Part shown: positions 1-9,734 of the stretch, in pieces
How the letters are laid out: each line of letters opens with the position of its first letter
Position numbering within the stretch: position 1 is the first letter of the stretch
DNA from: an uncultured Oscillospiraceae bacterium
GTDB lineage: Bacteria; Bacillota; Clostridia; UMGS1883
Direction of reading: 5' to 3'
DNA: 64,000 nt
Assembly (NCBI GenBank): GCA_964390145.1
Contig: CAYMHB010000001.1
Coordinates: 6,389 to 70,388 of the forward strand
Translations under genes and position numbers: made by a program
The notes under the pieces: model-generated
Database searches by the model: none
Seen by the model: only the letters and a program-made list of their open reading frames with translations
Told to the model about the DNA's origin: nothing

Positions 1-3000
1 TTCCTTTTTCACGGGCGTCGGCTATCGACTGCGCCGCGCGGTCACCCATTCCTGCTATGCTGTTGAGAGCGGGAAGTATCTTACCATTTATATTAAGGTA
101 CTTTGTCGGGTGAGACAGATAGATGTCAATCGGCATAAACTCAATACCGCGTGCGTACATTTCGTTTACTACTTCCATAATGGTAATGGTTGCTTTATCA
201 CGTGCTGACGGATTTTCAATGGAGCGAAGTTCGTGCATCTTGCGGAGCAGGTTTTCTCTTCCCGTTGCCATTGTTTCGTAGTCAAACGTATCTGCACGGA
301 CAGTATAGTACGACTGGTAGAATGCTATCGGATGATGCACCTTGAAATATGCAACACGAAGTGACATTGTGACATATGCCGCTGCGTGGGCGCGCGGGAA
401 CATATACTGAATTTTGTTACACGATTCAATGTACCACTCGGGAACGTTATGTTCACGCATTTCCGCTTCGTCCTCGGGTTTAAGCTTTTTACCCTTACGA
501 ACCTGTTCCATTATGGTAAATGCTCTTGCCTCGGGAAGTCCGCGGTTTGACAGGTAAATCATAATATCGTCACGGCAGCAGATTGCGTTTCGAAGTGTAC
601 ATATTCCCTTTTCAATAAGGGTCTGAGCGTTATTTGTCCACACATCAGTACCGTGAGAAAGTCCTGAAATGCGGACAAGTTCGCCAAGGGATGTCGGTTT
701 TGTGTCGACAAGCATCTGACGGACGAATTTTGTACCAAACTCGGGAACGGCGAATGTGCCCGTTTCGCTACCTATATCTTCGGGGGTGACTCCAAGAGCT
801 TCGGTACCGAGGAAAAGGCTCATAACATCCTTGTCGTCGAGTGGAACTTTTGTCGGGTCAACTCCCGTAAGGTCCTGAAGCATACGAATCATAGTGGGGT
901 CATCGTGGCCGAGAATATCGAGTTTGAGCAGGTTTTCGTCGATGCTATGGTAATCAAAGTGAGTTGTTATGATGCCGCTTTCCGCCTTTTCAGCAGGGTG
1001 CTGAATGGGCGTGAATTCGTGAATATCGTGCCCCTTGGGAAGAACGATAACACCGCCGGGGTGCTGTCCTGTCGTGGTTTTTACATTCATTATTCCTTTT
1101 TTAAGGCGTTCCACCTCGGCATTGTGAACATACTCGCCCTTCTGTTCGAAGTACTTTCTGACATAGCCGTACGCCGTTTTCTCTGCAACTGTACTTACCG
1201 TTCCTGCGCGGAAAACATAGCCCTTGCCGAAGATTTCTTCCGTATATTTATGGGCGCTTGCCTGATTTTCACCCGAGAAGTTAAGGTCGATATCGGGCTG
1301 TTTGTCACCCTTGAATCCAAGGAAGGTTTCAAAGGGAATATTGTGACCGTCTTTCACATAAGGAGTGCCGCAAACGGGGCAGTTTTTGTCTGGCATATCA
1401 AGTCCCGAGTCATAACTTTCATCCTCTGTGAACTCGGTGTTTTTACAATTCGGGCATCTGTAATGCGGAGGCAGTGAATTAACCTCAGTAATCTGTGCGC
1501 AATACGCCAGAAATGACGAGCCTACGCTACCACGTGAGCCTACAACATATCCTTCCTCGCGCGAGTGTTTAACGAGAAGTCGCGCGATGTTATAAAGGTC
1601 GGCGTAGCCGTTACCAATAACGCTTTTAAGTTCTTTCTGAAGCCTATCCTCAATCTTCTGAGGCAGAGGAGATCCATACAAACCTTCGGCGGTTTCACGG
1701 GCAATACGCTCAATATCTTCGGCGCTTCCCTCGATTTTCGGCGGGAAATTCCCCTTGGGTACGGGGCGTATGTTTTCAATCATATCAGCTATTTTATTGG
1801 TGTTTGTTACAACAATTTCGTACGCCTTTTCTTCGGGAAGATAGGAAAATTCATCGAGCATTTCACGGGTTGTTCTGAAGTAAAGAGGTGCCTGCATATC
1901 AGCATCCTGATAGCCTTGGCCCGCCTGAAGAATACGGCGGAAAACCTCGTCACGTTTGCGAAGAAAATGCACGTCACCCGTTGCTACAACGAGTTTTCCA
2001 AGCTTGTCCCCGAGAGCAATAACCTTGCGATTAAGCTCGCAAAGTCCCTCGCGGTCAGCAACTGTACCATTGCGCACGAGATATTCATTATTCCCTATCG
2101 GTTGAACTTCAAGATAGTCATAATATGAAGCAATACGCTCCAATTCCTCATCACTTTCACCGCTTAAAACTGCGCGGAAAAGTTCGCCCGCTTCACATGC
2201 AGAGCCCAATATAAGCCCTTCACGATGGGCGTCAAGCACATCTCTGGGAATGAGCGGTCTTTTATAAAAATGTTCCAGATTGGATGCGCTTACAAGCTTG
2301 TAAAGGTTTTTAAGGCCTGTAAGATTTTGCGCAAATATAATTATGTGATACCGCTTCGTTTCACGCGCAAGGGGAGAACCCTTTTCAATGAGATATCCCT
2401 CACAGCCGTAAAGTATTTTTATGGTTTCGTCAGCTGTATGGAACGCCTCCGGAAATGCCTGCACGCATCCGTGGTCTGTTATGGCGATAGCCTTGTGACC
2501 GTATTTTATAGCCTGTTTTACAAGGTCTTTTGCACTGACAACAGCGTCCATGGCTGATGATTTTGTATGCGCGTGGAGTTCCACTCGTTTCTCCTCGGCT
2601 TCGTCCTTCTCGCGGGGGAGTTCGTAGGGAATAATATCACGCGCCATAACTGTAAGCTCGTGAGAGAAATTATCCATTTCCGCCTTGCCGCGGAGAGCGA
2701 CTACGCCCGTTTTCTTAAGTGCTCCTGTAACCTCTTCGGTTGCGGCAATGGGGACAAAGCACTTACAGGTAATCGAAGATGTGTAGTCTGTTATGTAGAA
2801 AGAAACGATTGATTTTTTGATTTTTGTAATTTCTCTGGAATCTATTCCAAAAACCTCACCGCAAATCATACAGTTTCCAGTGTAGTTATCGATTTCTTTT
2901 ATGTTTATAAGGTCGTTTACGGGGAAAGGCTTTCCCATCAGTGCACCTTCCGATGCCACGGAAACAATCTTCTTTGGAGCAGAATTTTCCTTTTTTATAT

Positions 3001-3496
3001 AAATAGGTTCGAGATTTTTCTCTACCGTCATTTCGTCAATATCAAAAGAAACTGTTTTTTCGATACCAAACCACTTTTTAAGGCACGCAGAAATTTCCTT
3101 GCCAACACCTTCGTTTTCGGCAAGGTCAATATTTCCGTGGCGCAAGAACACCGTTATACTCTCTTTTTCAGAGCTTAAAATACAACTGTCAAGAATTGCA
3201 CGCCAGAAAGGATTTTGTGACAAAATCGCATCTATGCAGTAGTTTGCAGCATCATTTTCGTCTATTTTCCCTGCATCAAAAGAAAGGTTTAACACAAAAT
3301 CGCGGAGTTTATAACTTTCCTTGACGTTCTTTATAAACTTTTCCACTTCACTATATTCAAATATTGTGTCTGAAACGGCGTTGGCAGTAATTGTTCGCTC
3401 ATTCGCGTCCGCTGAAATGCCAAGTATTTTAGCATCTTTCAAGGGGCCGCTGTATTGCGCATTTATAAACGCCTCGCCCAAAGTGTAGTTTTGCAT
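1..3496 (-). CDS. polC: DNA polymerase III PolC-type alpha subunit (partial, C-terminus beyond window edge), lacking the DEDD exonuclease insert
   Basis: Reverse frame is open from ATG 3496-3494 (TAATG overlap with the ispG stop) to position 1. It is absent from the ORF track because no stop lies in the window. My translation shows an OB-fold segment (ICGEVFGIDSREITKIKKSIVSFYITDYTSSITCKCF), the PHP motif VELHAHTKSSAMDA...ITDHGCVQAFPEA, ATGDVHFL, GSRGSVGSSF, the Zn module CPNCKNTEF...CPVCG, KLDILGHDDPT and FPRAHAAAYV. The last residues (NSIAGMGDRAAQSIADAREKG) match the PolC C-terminal region. Confidence 0.9.
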   Translation of the reverse strand, partial: MQNYTLGEAFINAQYSGPLKDAKILGISADANERTITANAVSDTIFEYSEVEKFIKNVKESYKLRDFVLNLSFDAGKIDENDAANYCIDAILSQNPFWRAILDSCILSSEKESITVFLRHGNIDLAENEGVGKEISACLKKWFGIEKTVSFDIDEMTVEKNLEPIYIKKENSAPKKIVSVASEGALMGKPFPVNDLINIKEIDNYTGNCMICGEVFGIDSREITKIKKSIVSFYITDYTSSITCKCFVPIAATEEVTGALKKTGVVALRGKAEMDNFSHELTVMARDIIPYELPREKDEAEEKRVELHAHTKSSAMDAVVSAKDLVKQAIKYGHKAIAITDHGCVQAFPEAFHTADETIKILYGCEGYLIEKGSPLARETKRYHIIIFAQNLTGLKNLYKLVSASNLEHFYKRPLIPRDVLDAHREGLILGSACEAGELFRAVLSGESDEELERIASYYDYLEVQPIGNNEYLVRNGTVADREGLCELNRKVIALGDKLGKLVVATGDVHFLRKRDEVFRRILQAGQGYQDADMQAPLYFRTTREMLDEFSYLPEEKAYEIVVTNTNKIADMIENIRPVPKGNFPPKIEGSAEDIERIARETAEGLYGSPLPQKIEDRLQKELKSVIGNGYADLYNIARLLVKHSREEGYVVGSRGSVGSSFLAYCAQITEVNSLPPHYRCPNCKNTEFTEDESYDSGLDMPDKNCPVCGTPYVKDGHNIPFETFLGFKGDKQPDIDLNFSGENQASAHKYTEEIFGKGYVFRAGTVSTVAEKTAYGYVRKYFEQKGEYVHNAEVERLKKGIMNVKTTTGQHPGGVIVLPKGHDIHEFTPIQHPAEKAESGIITTHFDYHSIDENLLKLDILGHDDPTMIRMLQDLTGVDPTKVPLDDKDVMSLFLGTEALGVTPEDIGSETGTFAVPEFGTKFVRQMLVDTKPTSLGELVRISGLSHGTDVWTNNAQTLIEKGICTLRNAICCRDDIMIYLSNRGLPEARAFTIMEQVRKGKKLKPEDEAEMREHNVPEWYIESCNKIQYMFPRAHAAAYVTMSLRVAYFKVHHPIAFYQSYYTVRADTFDYETMATGRENLLRKMHELRSIENPSARDKATITIMEVVNEMYARGIEFMPIDIYLSHPTKYLNINGKILPALNSIAGMGDRAAQSIADAREKG

Positions 3497-4542
3497 TATA
3501 ATTCCTCAATTTCCTTGAAAAGTTCATCTGCGGCTTTTTCAATAGGGATTTTACGGATTGTTTGTCCATTTTTGAAAAGAAGCGCCTCACCTTTTCCGCA
3601 GGCAATACCAATATCAGCCTCACGCGCTTCTCCCGGGCCGTTTACTGCACAGCCCATAACTGCGACGGTAATATTTTTATCTGTTTTTGATATTCTTTCA
3701 TTTATTTCATTTGCCACGGGAATCATATCCACCTGACATCTGCCACAGGTAGGACAGCTGACGAATCTTATTCCGCTACGCAGATTAAGTGCGCGGAGAA
3801 TTTCTATTCCTGCCGCCACCTCACGCACGGGTAGTGCAGTAAGCGAAACGCGGAGAGTATCCCCTATTCCGTCAAGTAGCAAGCTGCCGATACCGATACT
3901 GTTTTTCACAACACCGCCGTATTCTGTACCTGCCTCGGTAACGCCTATATGGAGGGGGTAATCTATCATATCCGCAATTTTTCTGTAAGCAGAAACTGTT
4001 GATTCTACGCTGCTGCTTTTAATAGAAAGAGCGATGTCGTAGAAATTGCAATCTTCAAGAAGTTTTATGTGCGAAAGTGCACTTTCGCAGAGTGCTTCGG
4101 GAGTGGGCGCACCGTATTTTGCAAGAATTTCTCTTTCAAGTGAACCGCCGTTTACACCGATACGGATAGGGATATTGCGAGAGCCACATTCGTCTGCAAC
4201 CGCCTTTACGCGGTCGGCAGAGCCTATATTTCCGGGGTTTATACGAATTTTATCAACGCCACCTTTTGCGCACTCAAGCGCAAGACGGTAGTCAAAATGA
4301 ATATCGGCAACTATCGGAATATCCACTTGCTTTTTTATTTCGGCAACAGCTTTTGCCGCAGTCATATCAGGGATTGCAAGTCGCACTATATCACAGCCTG
4401 CCAAAAAAAGTTCCTGTATCTGACTTACTGTTGCAGCTACATCACGGGTGTCTGTATTGCACATTGACTGCACGCTTACAGGTGCGCCGCCGCCAACCAA
4501 AACACCACCGATATTTATTTGTTTTGAAGTGCGTCTTTTCAT
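3496..4542 (-). CDS. ispG: 4-hydroxy-3-methylbut-2-en-1-yl diphosphate synthase (GcpE/IspG)
   Basis: ORF 3496..4551. Shows KQINIGGVLVGGGAPVSVQSMCNTDT, TIM-barrel-like repeats and C-terminal Fe-S ligands (SCPTCGRC, GCAVNGPGE). Start placed at ATG 4542 (AAGGTG about 6 nt upstream) rather than GTG 4551. Confidence 0.9.
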   Translation of the reverse strand: MKRRTSKQINIGGVLVGGGAPVSVQSMCNTDTRDVAATVSQIQELFLAGCDIVRLAIPDMTAAKAVAEIKKQVDIPIVADIHFDYRLALECAKGGVDKIRINPGNIGSADRVKAVADECGSRNIPIRIGVNGGSLEREILAKYGAPTPEALCESALSHIKLLEDCNFYDIALSIKSSSVESTVSAYRKIADMIDYPLHIGVTEAGTEYGGVVKNSIGIGSLLLDGIGDTLRVSLTALPVREVAAGIEILRALNLRSGIRFVSCPTCGRCQVDMIPVANEINERISKTDKNITVAVMGCAVNGPGEAREADIGIACGKGEALLFKNGQTIRKIPIEKAADELFKEIEEL

Positions 4543-4708
4543 AAAAATCACCTTTTAGAATAATTATAATTATTTTATCACAAAACAAACGACAGGTAAA
4601 GAGCGAATTTGCACAAAAAAGAAGCGTGCCGCTTCACCCATTTCGCGTCCCAACTAAATTTTAAACTGACAAATATTGCTCGCGAAAAAACACTCAATTT
4701 CTTATACG

Positions 4709-4740
4709 GTAAAAAACACGGTGGCGTTCGCCACCGTGTT
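4709..4740 (-). terminator. Rho-independent terminator after the SLH protein gene
   Basis: An 11-bp GC-rich stem (aacacggtggcg / cgccaccgtgtt). It is followed on the minus strand by TTTTTT and lies 10 nt after the stop at 4750. Confidence 0.75.
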
Positions 4741-4749
4741 TAAAGATGT

Positions 4750-7527
4750 TTATTTTACAATATAAATAGCCTTTGCTGTGCTGTTTGTAGTATCTGTTAC
4801 GAAAACAATGATTTCACTTGAGTTTCCTTCAGAAATACCGATATTATCGTACTTTGTATCACTGGGTTCAGCAATAAGGTTTCCTTCTTCATCAAATCTG
4901 TAAACATTAGTGCTTGATGTAAGACCGAATGTGAAGATGTTTCCTTCTTCCTGCTTCTGAGCTTCGGTATAACTGCTACCCATTGCTTTAGTTGCGCTTA
5001 GCTGTGTAGTTCCGATAACGTCGAATGCTTCCAGATATCTTATCTTAAGGTCACCTACATTGCTGGTGTAAGATCTGAAGTACATATAATCTTCATCGGG
5101 ACCTGCAGAATAAAGAAGTTCTTCGTCGCTTGCATCGTAAATCATTTCGATAGCAATTACGCCTGATGCATCTTCGATATAACGGATAACGTCACCTTCG
5201 CCCACTTCTTCAAATGATACTAAAGCATCGTCATCCTCAAAAGTCTTGAACTTGTCTTCTGAAATAGCAATTATTTCCTCGCTAGCGCCGCCCTTTTCAT
5301 AACCCCTGATCTGACGATTAGCTCTGTCAACACCGCTTACTACCATATAGGGAGTCGATGAAACAAAGTCGTATGCGGGGTCAACACCGTAAATAAGAAC
5401 CATAGAAGGCTGTTTTGTTCTCTGTTCGGGATCTGCACCGAAGATTTTAACTTCGCGTGTGCCACCTGACACAAATGCCTTGGAAGGAGCCATGATAGAG
5501 TAGTCGCTGTCGTTTGTGCTGTCTTCGGGAACATATACAACTACAGTAGACGCTGAAACCTGATATGCCATGCCGCTTAATGTCAGGCTGGTTCTGGTTG
5601 TTGCTGCATTGCCACCGTCGTTATAGATGAATGTATCATCGCTGTTTGAGCCGATTGCAGTCGCTCTTTCGCCTTCTGCAGTCGCTGCTGTATCAATTGC
5701 GGAAAGTTCGCCGTTTGTTATGATATATTTTACGGGCTGTGAGCACACATCTGTGCCGTAAAGGTCGTAAGCAATATCTTCAAGTTTAGCCTTTACATCA
5801 CTGTTATCAGTTGAAACGCCGTCAACCTTTACCTTGTTCTTCATGGTAACAATTTCAAATGTCTTATCTTTCTTGATAAGGCTTACTGCCACTCTGTCGG
5901 CGTCAATGATATAACCAAGGTCATACTCGCCTGATGTAAGAGGATTATAGTCTATCGCTGCAAGCTGACCTGTGTAGTCAAGGTAGTACGTGTAAGTGTC
6001 ACCGAGTGTGAAGGGTGCCTTGCCTGAGCCTTCAAAGTCATTATACATATTTGTAAGTATAACTTCCTTATTGGTAAGCTCTACAACTCTTTCCTTGTCA
6101 AGTTCTGCTGTTACCTTGCCACTGTACTGCTTGGTAGTAACATACATCTTACTGATAGAGTTGCCGCCAACTTCGGGTGCTTCCATAAAGTTAATTACAT
6201 TAAATGCACGAAGTGTGAGTGAATCGTATTCCTTTTTCACACCGTCAACATAGATTTCAGGCTTGTCGTCTGTTGCTGAGGGGAATGTGTAGTAACCGCC
6301 GTCATACTTGAAAGTAATCTTGCCTGATGTTCTGTTGAAACTTTCTACAACATAAACATCGTAGCTTGTAATCTTTGCAAACTTTCTGCGACCTGTTTCG
6401 ATAAGTTCGATTGTACCGCTTGTAAAATCTTCGTTGAGGTCTTCTATAATGTCACTGTTTGAAGGAATATACTTTCCGTTATAGATAACAGTGTAGTCGG
6501 AAAGGTCAACTGTTGTTGTTTTTTTATTATCATTATAGTACTTGATTCTTCCATTTTCGATGGGACGAATTACATCTTTTTCGTTGATGAGAGTAATTGT
6601 GTTGTTTGCCTTTGTAATAGATGTAAGTTTACGGTCAAGGGTGTTGTAGTAAGCAGTTACGCCCTTACCGATAAGGTCTTCAAAATCGATAGCGTTTGCA
6701 AGTTCGTCAGAAAGCTCGTATGTTTCTTCACCATTTTCAGTTGTTAAAATCTTGATTTCCTTAAGGCTGATACCTGCACTGGAAGCATCAATACCTGTAT
6801 AGTAAGTACCTGAAACGATACCCTTTACTTCAACAACTGTCTTTTCTTCACTTTCTGTATTTTCGCCCTTTCCTACGCTACCGTCCGCATTTTGAACAAG
6901 CGGAGTAACATCAATAGCGTTACTTGTAAGAAGTGCTACGACACCTCTTGAAGCAGGTTCCGAAATTTCTGCAGTTACTGCTCCCTTTGTAAAGCCGTGC
7001 TTGTTAGCAGCAGAAATATAACCTGCAGACCATGTAGCGTTGGGGTTTGAAATAATCGCTTTATTATATTCGCTCTGCGCAACGATTTCGTAACCTGCTG
7101 CACAAACGAGCATCTTTACTGCCTGCTCGTATGTAACGGGTTCACCTGCACGGAATGTGCCGTCTTCAAAGCCGTTGATAATATTAAGGTCTACTGCTGC
7201 TTTTACATAAGGACGAGCCCAAGCGCGTGAAGAGTCGTTATCAAGGTCAGAAAAGCCTGTTGCAGCATCTGTACCAAGTGTTTCGCCAACACCCTTCATA
7301 CGAACAACAATAGCTGCAAACTCGGCTCTTGTTATCTGATTATCGGGTCTGAATGTGCCGTCCTCATATCCTGTTATGATGCCATTGGCAACAAGCTTTG
7401 CAACTGCTTCTGCTACCTTTTCATCTGTAATATCACTGAAATTCGTTGCAAGTACGCCAAAGCTCATAGTTGAAATAATAAGCACAAGCGCAAGAATTAA
7501 AGTGACAATTCTTTTTGAGTTTTTCAT
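4750..7527 (-). CDS. Secreted cell-wall-anchored protein with three N-terminal SLH domains and a large uncharacterised C-terminal region
   Basis: Signal peptide KRIVTLILALVLIISTMSFGVLA, followed by three SLH-like repeats (FSDI..., GYEDGTFRPDNQITRAEFAAIVVRM, GFEDGTFRAGEPVTYEQAVKML). Start set at ATG 7527 (GGAGAG 6 nt upstream) instead of 7545. Confidence 0.8.
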   Translation of the reverse strand: MKNSKRIVTLILALVLIISTMSFGVLATNFSDITDEKVAEAVAKLVANGIITGYEDGTFRPDNQITRAEFAAIVVRMKGVGETLGTDAATGFSDLDNDSSRAWARPYVKAAVDLNIINGFEDGTFRAGEPVTYEQAVKMLVCAAGYEIVAQSEYNKAIISNPNATWSAGYISAANKHGFTKGAVTAEISEPASRGVVALLTSNAIDVTPLVQNADGSVGKGENTESEEKTVVEVKGIVSGTYYTGIDASSAGISLKEIKILTTENGEETYELSDELANAIDFEDLIGKGVTAYYNTLDRKLTSITKANNTITLINEKDVIRPIENGRIKYYNDNKKTTTVDLSDYTVIYNGKYIPSNSDIIEDLNEDFTSGTIELIETGRRKFAKITSYDVYVVESFNRTSGKITFKYDGGYYTFPSATDDKPEIYVDGVKKEYDSLTLRAFNVINFMEAPEVGGNSISKMYVTTKQYSGKVTAELDKERVVELTNKEVILTNMYNDFEGSGKAPFTLGDTYTYYLDYTGQLAAIDYNPLTSGEYDLGYIIDADRVAVSLIKKDKTFEIVTMKNKVKVDGVSTDNSDVKAKLEDIAYDLYGTDVCSQPVKYIITNGELSAIDTAATAEGERATAIGSNSDDTFIYNDGGNAATTRTSLTLSGMAYQVSASTVVVYVPEDSTNDSDYSIMAPSKAFVSGGTREVKIFGADPEQRTKQPSMVLIYGVDPAYDFVSSTPYMVVSGVDRANRQIRGYEKGGASEEIIAISEDKFKTFEDDDALVSFEEVGEGDVIRYIEDASGVIAIEMIYDASDEELLYSAGPDEDYMYFRSYTSNVGDLKIRYLEAFDVIGTTQLSATKAMGSSYTEAQKQEEGNIFTFGLTSSTNVYRFDEEGNLIAEPSDTKYDNIGISEGNSSEIIVFVTDTTNSTAKAIYIVK

Positions 7528-7592
7528 AAAATCTCTCCTTTGCATTGGTGACGTGTAAAAAACGCCATAAAATGTATATTACACTCAATTAT

Positions 7593-7621
7593 ATTTTACA
7601 TTGAAATTGATTATAAGTCAA
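7593..7621 (-). promoter_or_regulatory. Putative sigma-A promoter for the SLH protein gene
   Basis: On the minus strand: TTGACT, a 17-nt spacer, then TAAAAT, about 65 nt upstream of ATG 7527. Confidence 0.45.
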
Positions 7622-7628
7622 TAGGTTA

Positions 7629-8426
7629 TTATTCCCTCGCACCTTTTCGGGCAATACTTTTTTCAGAAAGAATCGAAAGCGCGTATATTCCGCCTATCAC
7701 ACACAAAAGCGCAATAATTTGAGAAATTCGCATTCCTCCAAGATAAAGGCTGTCTGTTCTGAGTCCTTCAACAAAGAATCTTCCTACACCGTACCACGAC
7801 AGGTAATTAAAAAAGGTATATCCGTAAAAAGGTCGTTTTTTATGTAGGAGTGAAAGGATTATAAAGCCAAGGAAGTTCCACAGCGATTCATAAAGAAAAG
7901 TGGGGTGCACGGGAGGTTTTCCGTTTATACTCATGCCCCATGGGTAACTGCACAAACCGCCAAAGGCTTCACAATTAACAAAATTTCCCCATCTGCCGAT
8001 GAATTGTCCGATCATAAGCCCAAGACAACAGATGTCAAAGATTTTAAGGACATTAAGCTTTTTTACCCTGCAATAAATCCATGCGGTAAGCACGGCTCCT
8101 ATTACGGCGCCGTAGATTGCAATTCCGCCTTCCCAGATTTTATAAATCGAGGACAGGTCATTTTTGTAGCTGTCCCACGAAAAAATGACATAATATGCGC
8201 GCGCACAAATAACCGATACGGGAAGAGCATAGAGTACGATATCGGTTACGGTATCACTCTTCTCCCCTTCCTTTTCGGCAACCATACTGCAATACAAAAA
8301 CGCAAGAATTATCCCAAACGCAATTATTAAGCCGTACCAGCGCACTCCGCCCAGAAAAGGCAGGTCAATTGCTACAGGATTTATATCAAAGCTGATATTA
8401 AGTTTTGGAAATGAAATGTTATTCAT
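7629..8426 (-). CDS. lgt: Prolipoprotein diacylglyceryl transferase
   Basis: Polytopic membrane protein with the Lgt signature GRWGNFVNCEAFG and GGIAIYGAVIGA. Confidence 0.9.
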   Translation of the reverse strand: MNNISFPKLNISFDINPVAIDLPFLGGVRWYGLIIAFGIILAFLYCSMVAEKEGEKSDTVTDIVLYALPVSVICARAYYVIFSWDSYKNDLSSIYKIWEGGIAIYGAVIGAVLTAWIYCRVKKLNVLKIFDICCLGLMIGQFIGRWGNFVNCEAFGGLCSYPWGMSINGKPPVHPTFLYESLWNFLGFIILSLLHKKRPFYGYTFFNYLSWYGVGRFFVEGLRTDSLYLGGMRISQIIALLCVIGGIYALSILSEKSIARKGARE

Positions 8427-8441
8427 ATTTTTCTTTCCTTT

Positions 8442-9734
8442 TTATTTTTTCTTTGGATTGACAACAGAAAGCGAACACTGAGATTCATTAAAAAGTTCAT
8501 TCAATCTTTCCATTGCGTCGAGGGTGGTAACCTCATCGCAAATACGCGGATAATCGAAAAGGTTTACGCCCTTGTGGTAGGACATCATATACTCGTTTCC
8601 GAAGCTCTCCACGTGATCCAAAATGTCGAGGAACTGCCCGCAATAAACCTTTTTCGCTCGTTCAAAAGCATCCTTGTCAAGCCCTTCGTTTTTGGTTTTC
8701 TCAAGCGTGGCAAATATTTCCTTTTCAATCTCTCCGATATGTTCGGACTCGCCGCAGAAGGCTGCGTAGCCGCAACTGTCCTCGTATTCATAAAAAGCAC
8801 CGAAGGTGGAGTTTATGATTCCTTCTTCATAAAGCTTTTTGTAAAACTGACTGCTTTTCCCGAAAAGAACTCTTAAAATACTGTTTGTAAGTATTTCTCT
8901 TTTTAACATTTCGTCACTTGTTCCGCCGAATTTTATGTCCTTAAAGCCCAACATATACATAGGCATCGGAATATCAAATTCTGCCTCGATGTTTCTTTTA
9001 TAGGCTTCTTTTCTTTCTTTCGGGAAAACCTGTGTGATTTCGCCGTGAGGAGTATCGTGTTTTATACATTTTTCAACATATTCACCGATTTTTTTCTCGT
9101 CAAGGTCGCCCACGCAGATGAGCGCCATATTTGACGGATGGTAGAACGTGTTATAGCACTTGTACAAAAGCTCGGGTGTGGTTTTCATTATTTCTTCCAC
9201 GGTGCCTGCGATATTGATTCTTATGGGGTGTTTTTCATACATCGCCTCGAGGCAGTTATACATACAAGTCTGCTCGGCATCGTCCTGGTACATTCTGATT
9301 TCCTGTGCGATGATACCCTTTTCCTTTTCTACATTTTCCTTGGTAAAATAGGGTGTCTGGACGAAATTCAAGAGGATTTCAAGGTTTTCGTAGAAATAAT
9401 CGGTACAACTGTAAAGATAGTTTGTAACGCCGAAGCTCGTAAATGCATTTGCGTTTGCGCCGTATTTTGAAAATTCGTTGAAAGCGTTAGTGCCGTCGGG
9501 TTGTTCAAAAACCTTGTGCTCAAGAAAATGAGCAATTCCGTCAATCACGCTTGTTGTTTCTTTTTCTCCCGGCACAACAAACTGTGTGTTGATTGAGCCG
9601 TATTTAGTGCTGAATGTAGCGTAACTCTTCTTGAAGCCTTCTTTTTTTATGAGGATTACGCAAAGTCCGCTTTTATGTGTGGCAGAATAAACTGTTTCAC
9701 CCAGTGTTTCGTAGTGTGTTTTTATAAATTCCAT
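8442..9734 (-). CDS. M16 (pitrilysin/insulinase) family zinc peptidase, active subunit
   Basis: HxxEH zinc motif (GIAHFLEHKVFE). 430 aa. Its start overlaps the stop of the upstream M16 paralog by 1 nt. Confidence 0.8.
   Translation of the reverse strand: MEFIKTHYETLGETVYSATHKSGLCVILIKKEGFKKSYATFSTKYGSINTQFVVPGEKETTSVIDGIAHFLEHKVFEQPDGTNAFNEFSKYGANANAFTSFGVTNYLYSCTDYFYENLEILLNFVQTPYFTKENVEKEKGIIAQEIRMYQDDAEQTCMYNCLEAMYEKHPIRINIAGTVEEIMKTTPELLYKCYNTFYHPSNMALICVGDLDEKKIGEYVEKCIKHDTPHGEITQVFPKERKEAYKRNIEAEFDIPMPMYMLGFKDIKFGGTSDEMLKREILTNSILRVLFGKSSQFYKKLYEEGIINSTFGAFYEYEDSCGYAAFCGESEHIGEIEKEIFATLEKTKNEGLDKDAFERAKKVYCGQFLDILDHVESFGNEYMMSYHKGVNLFDYPRICDEVTTLDAMERLNELFNESQCSLSVVNPKKK

Noticed and set aside
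2280-2560. The possibility that the missing PolC exonuclease is an artefact of a frameshift or of mis-translation on my part.
   Set aside because: I re-translated 2281-2640 codon by codon. The frame is continuous and conserved PHP motifs sit on both sides of a linker of about 10 residues. There is no spare DNA that could encode about 190 residues. An assembly deletion cannot be excluded from the sequence alone.
905-2812. Plus-strand ORFs 905..1477, 1565..2128, 2225..2557 and 2567..2812 from the ORF track.
   Set aside because: They lie antisense to a continuous, motif-rich PolC reading frame. They have no RBS, and their composition is typical of shadow frames.
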